64,000 bases of DNA, taken from NCBI RefSeq assembly GCF_009914755.1, contig NC_060925.1, one strand, 5' to 3'. The number at the start of each line of letters is the position of its first letter. Position 1 is the first letter of the stretch. Position numbers and translations under genes: made by a program. The notes below the pieces were generated by a model, which saw nothing but the letters and a program-made list of their open reading frames with translations, ran no database searches and was not told the origin of the DNA. The DNA comes from the human T2T-CHM13v2.0 reference genome, Homo sapiens. Of the stretch, positions 57,071 through 64,000 are shown one piece after another.

Positions 57071-58947
57071 TCGAATGGAAACATTGAATGGAATCGAATG
57101 GAATCATCATCAGATGGAAATGAATGGAATCATCATAGAATGGAATCGAATGGATTCATTGAATGGAATCAGATGGAATCATCGAATGGACTTGAATGGA
57201 ATCGTTGAATGGACTCGAATGGAATCATTATTGAATGGAAATGAATGGAATCTTCGAATGGTCTCGAATGGAATCATTATCAAATGGAATCCAATGGAAT
57301 CACCGAATAGAATCGAATGGAACAATCATCGAATGGACTCAAATGGAATTATCCTCAATTGGAATCGAATGGAATTATCGAATGCAATCGAATGGAATAA
57401 TCGAATGCAATCGAATAGAATCATCGAATGGACTTGAAAGGAATCATCGATTGAAATAGAATGGAATAGTCAATGACCTCGAATGGAATCATCATTGAAT
57501 GGAATCATCGAGTGGAATCGAATGGAATCATGATCAAATGGAATCGAAAGTAATCATCATCCAATGGAACCGAACGGAATCCTCATTGAATGGAAATGAA
57601 AGGAGTCATCATCTAATGGAATCGCATGGAATCATCATCAAATGGAATCTAATGGAATCATCATCAAATGGAATCTAATGGAATCATTGAACGGAATTGA
57701 ATGGAATCGTCATCGAATGAATTGAATGCAATCAACGAATGGTCTCGAGTGGAACCATCTCCAAATGGAATGGAATGGAATCATCGCAAAGAATCGAATG
57801 GAATTATCATCGAATGGACTCGAATTGAATCAACGTCAAACGGAATCAAACGGAATTATCGAATGGAATGGAAGAGAATCATCGAACGGACTCGAATGGA
57901 ATCATCTAATGGAATGGAATGGAAGAATCCATGGACTCGAATGCAATCATCATCAAGTGGAATCGAATGGGATCATCAAATGGAATCAGATGGAATCATC
58001 ATCAAATGGAATCGAATAGAATTATGGAATGAAATCCAATGTGATCATCATTGAATGGACTCGAATGGAATCATCATCCAATGGAAACTAATGGAATCAA
58101 CATCGAATGGAATCGAATGGAAACACCATCGAATTGAAACGAATGGAATTATCATGAAATTGAAATGGATGGACTCATCATCGAATGGATTCGAATGGAA
58201 TCATCGAATGAAATTGATTGAAATCATCATCAAATGGAATCGAATGGAATCATTGAATGGAATCGAATGGAATCATAATCAGATGGAAATGAATGGAATC
58301 ACCATGGAATGGAATCGAATGGATTCATTGAATGGAATCAGATGGAATCATCGTATGGACTTGAATGGAATCATTGAATGGACGCGAATGGAATCATTAT
58401 TGAATGGAATTGAATGGAATCATCGAATGGTCTCGAATGGAATCATTATGAAATGGAATCGAATGGAATCACCGAATAGAATTGAATGGAACAATCATCG
58501 AATGGACTCAAATGGAATTATCCTCAAATGGAATCGAATGGAATTATCGAATGCAATCGAATGGAATAATCGAACGCAATCGAATAGAATCATCGAATGG
58601 ACTTGAAAGGAATCATCGATTGAAATGGAATGGAATAGTCAATGAACTCGAATGGAATCATCATTGAATGGAATCATCGAGTGGAATCGAATGGAATCAT
58701 GATCAAATGGAATCGAAAGTAATCATCAAGAAATGGAATCAAAAGTAACCATCATCAATTGGTATTGAATGGAATTGTCATCAAACGGAATTCAAAGGAA
58801 TCATCATCAAATGGAACCGAATGGAATACTCATTGAATGGAAATGAAAGGAGTCATCATCTAATGGAATCGCATGGAATCATCATCTAATGGAATCGAAT
58901 GGAATCATCATCAAATGGAATCTAATGGAATCATTGAACGGAATTGA

Positions 58948-61900
58948 ATGGAATCGTCATCGAATGAATTGAATTCAATCAACGAATGGTCTCGAATGGA
59001 ACCACCTCCAAATGGAATGGAGTGGAATCATGGCATAGAATCGAATGGAATTATCATCGAATGGACTCGAATGGAATCAACATCAAACGGAATCAAACGG
59101 AATTATCGAATGGAATCGAAGAGAATCATCGAATGGACTCGAATGGAATCATCTAACGGAATGGAATGGAAGAATCCATGGACTCGAATTCAATCATCAT
59201 CGAATGGAATCGAATGGAATCATCGAATGGACTCGAATGGAATAATCATTGAACGGAATCGAATGGAATCATCATCGGATGGAAACGAATGGAATCATCA
59301 AATGGAATCAGATGGAATCATCATCAAATGGAATCGAATAGAATTATGGAATGAAATCCATTGTGATCATCATCGAATGGACTCGAATGGAATCATCATC
59401 CAATGGAAACTAATGGAATCAACATCGAATGGAATCGAATGGAAACACCATCGAATTGAATCGAATGGAATTATCATGAAATTGAAATGGATGGACTCAT
59501 CATCGAATGGATTCGAATGGAATCATCGAATGAAATTGATTGAAATCATCATCAAATGGAATCGAATGGAATCATTGAATGGAATCGAATGGAATCATCA
59601 TCAGATGGAAATGAATGGAATCATCATAGAATGGAATCGAATGGATTCATTGAATGGAATCAGATGGAATCATCGAATGGACTTGAATGGAATCGTTGAA
59701 TGGACTCGAATGGAATCATTATTGAATGGAATTGAATGGAATCATCGAATGGTCTCGAATGGAATCATTATCAAATGGAATCGAATGGAATCACCGAATA
59801 GAATCGAATGGAACAATCATCGAATGGACTCAAATGGAATTATCCTCAAATGGAATCGAATGGAATTATCGAATGCAATCGAATGGAATAATCGAATGTA
59901 ATCGAATAGAATAATCGAATGGACTTGAAAGGAATCATCGATTGAAATGGAATGGAATAGTCAATGAACTCGAATGGAATAATCATTGAATGGAATCATT
60001 GAGTGGAATCGAATGGAATCATGATCAAATGGAATCGAATGTAATTATCATCAAATGGAATCAAAAATAAACATCATCAATTGGTATTGAATGGAATTGT
60101 CATCAAACGGAATTCAAAGGAATCATCATCAAATGGAACCGAATGGAATCCTCATTGAATGGAAATGAAAGGAGTCATCATCTAATGGAATCGCATGGAA
60201 TCATCATCAAATGGAATCGAATGGAATCATCATCAAATGGAATCTAATGGAATCATTGAACGGAATTGAATGGAATCGTCATCGAATGAATTGAATGCAA
60301 TCAACGAATGGTCTCGAATGGAACCACCTCCAAATGGAATGGAATGGAATCATGGCATAGAATCGAATGGAATTATCATCGAATGGACTCGAATGGAATC
60401 AACATCAAACGGAATCAAACGGAATTATCGAATGGAATCGAAGAGAATCATCGAATGGACTCGAATGGAATCATCTAATGGAATGGAATGGAAGAATCCA
60501 TGGACTCGAATTCAATCATCATCGAATGGAATCGAATGGAATCATCGAATGGACTCGAATGGAATAATCATTGAACGGAATCGAATGGAATCATCATCGG
60601 ATGGAAACGAATGGAATCATCAAATGGAATCAGATGGAATCATCATCAAATGGAATCGAATAGAATTATGGAATGAAATCCATTGTGATCATCATCGAAT
60701 GGACTCGAATGGAATCATCATCCAATGGAAACTAATGGAATCAACATCGAATGGAATTGAATGGAAACACCATCGAATTGAATCGAATGAAATTATCATG
60801 AAATTGAAATGGATGGACTCATCATCGAATGGATTCGAATGGAATCATCGAATGAAATTGATTGAAATCATCATCAAATGGAATCGAATGGAATCATTGA
60901 ATGGAATCGAATGGAATCATCATCAGATGGAAATGAATGGAATCATCATAGAATGGAATCGAATGGATTCATTGAATGGAATCAAATGGAATCATCGAAT
61001 GGAGTTGAATGGAATCGTTGAATGGACTCGAATGGAATCATTATTGAATGGAATTGAATGGAATCATCGAATGGTCACGAATGGAATCATTATCAAATGG
61101 AATCGAATGGAATCACCGAATAGAATCGAATGGAACAATCATGGAATGGACTCAAATGGAATTATCCTCAAATGGAATCGAATGGAATTATCGCATGCAA
61201 TCGAATGGAATAATCGAATGTAATCGAATAGAATAATCGAATGGACTTGAAAGGAATCATCGATTGAAATGGAATGGAATAGTCAATGAACTCGAATGGA
61301 ATAATCATTGAATGGAATCATTGAGTGGAATCGAATGGAATCATGATCAAATGGAATCGAATGTAATTATCATCAAATGGAATCAAAAATAAACATCATC
61401 AATTGGTATTGAATGGAATTGTCATCAAACGGAATTCATAGGAATCATCATCAAATGGAACCGAATGGAATCCTCATTGAATGGAAATGAAAGGAGTCAT
61501 CATCTAATGGAATCGCATGGAATCATCATCAAATGGAATCGAATGGAATCATCATCAAATGGAATCTAATGGAATCATTGAACGGAATTGAATGGAATCG
61601 TCATCGAATGAATTGAATGCAATCAACGAATGGTCTCGAATGGAACCACCTCCAAATGGAATGGAATGGAATCATGGCATAGAATCGAATGGAATTATCA
61701 TCGAATGGACTCGAATGGAATCAACATCAAACGGAATCAAACGGAATTATCGAATGGAATCGAAGAGAATCATGGAATGGACTCGAATGGAATCATATAA
61801 TGGAATGGAATGGAAGAATCCATGGACTCGAATTCAATCATCATCGAATGGAATCGAATGGAATCATCGAATGGACTCGAATGGAATAATCATTGAACAG

Positions 61901-62835
61901 AATCGAATGGAATCATCATCGGATGGAAACGAATGGAATCATCAAATGGAATCAGATGGAATCATCATCAAATTGAATCGAATAGAATTATGGAATGAAA
62001 TCCATTGTGATCATCATCGAATGGACTCGAATGGAAACATCATCCAATGGAAACTAATGGAATCAACATCGAATGGAATCGAATGGAAACACCATCGAAT
62101 TGAATCGAATGGAATTATCATGAAATTGAAACGGATGGACTCATCATCGAATGGATTCGAATGGAATCATCGAATGAAATTGATTGAAATCATCATCAAA
62201 TGGAATCGAATGGAATCATTGAATGGAATCGAATGGAATCATCATCAGATGGAAATGAATGGAATCATCATAGAATGGAATCGAATGGATTCATTGAATG
62301 GAATCAGATGGAATCATCGAATGGACTTGAATGGAATCATTGAATGGACTCGAATGGAATCATTATTGAATGGAATTGAATGGAATCATCGAATGGTCTC
62401 GAATGGAATCATTATCAAATGGAATCGAATGGAATCACCGAATAGAATCGAATGGAATAATCAACGAATGGACTCAAATGGAATTATCCTAAATTGGAAT
62501 CGAATGGAATTATCGAATGCAATCGAATGGAGTAATCGAATGCAATCGAATAGAATCATCGAACGGACTTGAAAGGAATCATCGATTGAAATGGAATGGA
62601 ATAGTCAATGAACTCGAATGGAATCATCATTGAATGGTATCATCGAGTGGAATCGAATGGAATCATGATCAAATGGAATCGAAAGTAATCATCATCAAAT
62701 GGAACCGAATGGAATCCTCATTGAATGGAAATGAAAGGAGTCATCATCTAATGGAATCGCATGGAATCATCATCAAATGGAATCGAATGGAATCATCATC
62801 AAATGGAATCTAATGGAATCATTGAACGGAATTGA
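58948..62835 (+). repeat. Tandem run of three class B monomers (1322, 1322, 1244 bp)
   Basis: Anchors 58948, 60270, 61592 share CATGGCATAG (not seen elsewhere in the window), GAATTCAATC in the left half and TTGAATCGAA. Confidence 0.85.
60270..61591 (+). repeat. Representative class B monomer (1322 bp = A minus 26 minus 59)
   Basis: Anchor distance is 1322 (also 33781, 58948); 1321 at 3283, 11111, 21771, 35103; 1312 at 37831, 42051, 48313, 53738. Diagnostic motifs: CCATTGTGATCATCATCG and GACTTGAAAGGAATCATCGATTGAAAT...ATAGTCAATGAACT. Confidence 0.9.
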
Positions 62836-64000
62836 TTGGAATCGTCATCGAATGAATTGAATGCAATCAACGAATGGTCTCGAATGGGACCACCTCCAAA
62901 TGGAATGGAATGGAATCATCGCATAGAATCGAATGGAATTATCATCGAATGGACCCGAATGGAATCAACGTCAAACGGAATCAAACGGAATTATCGAATG
63001 GAATCGAAGAGAATCATCGAACGGACTCGAATGGAATCATCTAATGGAATGGAATGGAAGAATCCATGGACTCGAATGCAATCATCATCGAATGGAATCG
63101 AATGGAATCATCGAATGGACTCGAATGGAATAATCATTGAACGGAATCGAATGGAATCATCATTGGATGGAAACGAATGGAATCATCATCGAATGGAATC
63201 GAATGGGATCATCAAATGGAATCAGATGGAATCATCATCAAATGGAATCGAATAGAATTATGGAATGAAATCCAATGTGATCATCATTGAATGGACTCGA
63301 ATGGAATCATCATCCAATGGAAACTAATGGAATCAACATCGAATGGAATCGAATGGAAACACCATCGAATTGAAACGAATGGAATTATCATGAAATTGAA
63401 ATGGATGGACTCATCATCGAATGGATTCGAATGGAATCATCGAATGAAATTGATTGAAATCATCATCAAATGGAATCGAATGGAATCATTGAATGGAATC
63501 GAATGGAATCATCATCAGATGGAAATGAATGGAATCATCATAGAATGGAATCGAATGGATTCATGGAATGGAATCAGATGGAATCATCGAATGGACTTGA
63601 ATGGAATCGTTGAATGGACTCGAATGGAATCATTATTGAATGGAATTGAATAGAATCATCGAATGGTCTCGAATGGAATCATTATCAAATGAAGTCGAAT
63701 GGAATCACCGAATAGAATCGAATGGAACAATCATCGAATGGACTCAAATGGAATTATCCTCAAATGGAATCAAATGGATTTATCGAATGCAATCGAATTT
63801 AATTATCGAATGCAATCGAATAGAATCATCGAATGGACTCGAATGGAATCATCGAATGGAATGCAATGGATTAATCCATGGACTCGAATTCAATCACCAT
63901 CGAATACAATCGAATGGAGTCATCGAATCGACTCAAATGGAATAATCATTGAATGGAATCGAATGGAATCATCGAGTGGAATCGAATGGAATCATGATCA

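Larger units (their letters stand above)
1..64000 (+). repeat. Satellite II (HSat2/HSATII) pericentromeric-type tandem array, GGAAT-rich strand on +, open at both window edges
   Basis: The sequence throughout consists of GAATG/GAATC pentamer derivatives with ATC triplets and very frequent TCGA (e.g. ATCATCGAATGGAATCGAATGGA, GAATGGACTCGAATGG). Poor pentamer conservation, high CpG and 23/26-bp subunits distinguish HSat2 from HSat3 (established). No unique sequence or strand switch seen. Subfamily and chromosome cannot be fixed without a search. Confidence 0.97.

Noticed and set aside
36-63945. Numerous + strand ORFs of 60-346 aa (MESNGIIEWNR-like)
   Set aside because: They are direct translations of the satellite. 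GAATG supplies ATG constantly, the same peptides appear in all three frames, copies carry scattered stops and frameshifts, and no domain is recognisable. The minus strand (TGATGA-rich) lacks ORFs for compositional reasons.
1-64000. CRISPR-like or diversity-generating repeat system
   Set aside because: There is no alternation of constant repeats with unique spacers and no associated genes; all variation is itself repeated at monomer or higher-order scale.
1-64000. HSat3, alpha satellite or telomeric repeat
   Set aside because: Pure GGAAT runs are only 3-4 units long and the sequence is dominated by ATC triplets and TCGA, which fits HSat2. No 171-bp period, CENP-B box or TTAGGG tract was seen.
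1-64000. Transposon insertion or inversion breakpoint
   Set aside because: No non-satellite segment, poly(A) tail with target-site duplication, or CATTC-strand stretch was seen; monomer lengths sum without unexplained gaps.
1-64000. CpG island or promoter call from dense TCGA sites
   Set aside because: CpG richness is intrinsic to HSat2, and the sequence is AT-rich and uniform, with no local promoter signature.
1-64000. Assignment to a specific chromosome or HSat2 subfamily
   Set aside because: A ~1.4-kb period suggests HSat2B from recall only; it cannot be confirmed without k-mer comparison to annotated T2T arrays.

Overview
The whole 64 kb window is one uninterrupted, single-orientation block of classical satellite II (HSat2/HSATII; human or a closely related great ape). 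It is a degenerate, CpG-rich (GAATG)n derivative built from 23/26-bp subunits such as ATCATCGAATGGAATCGAATGGA. I see no credible gene, RNA gene, transposon insertion, inversion or CRISPR array. The listed ORFs are translations of the satellite itself. I found no evidence of a new protein-coding system; what deserves study is the repeat hierarchy. The anchor ATGGAATCGTCATCGAATGAATT marks 48 monomer starts (469 to 62836). There are two monomer classes, A (1407 bp) and B (1322 bp), differing by 26-bp and 59-bp indels and linked SNPs, plus hybrids and deletion or insertion derivatives (868-1550 bp). These form local higher-order repeats: 7828-bp and 10660-bp B-A-A-based units on the left, a young 2755-bp tandem duplication, a 5425-bp B-A-B-A unit, and a BBB run at the right end. 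Several junctions, apparent conversion patches and a variant-created microhomology deletion are readable at near base resolution. All lengths were counted by hand from the sequence and ORF coordinates.
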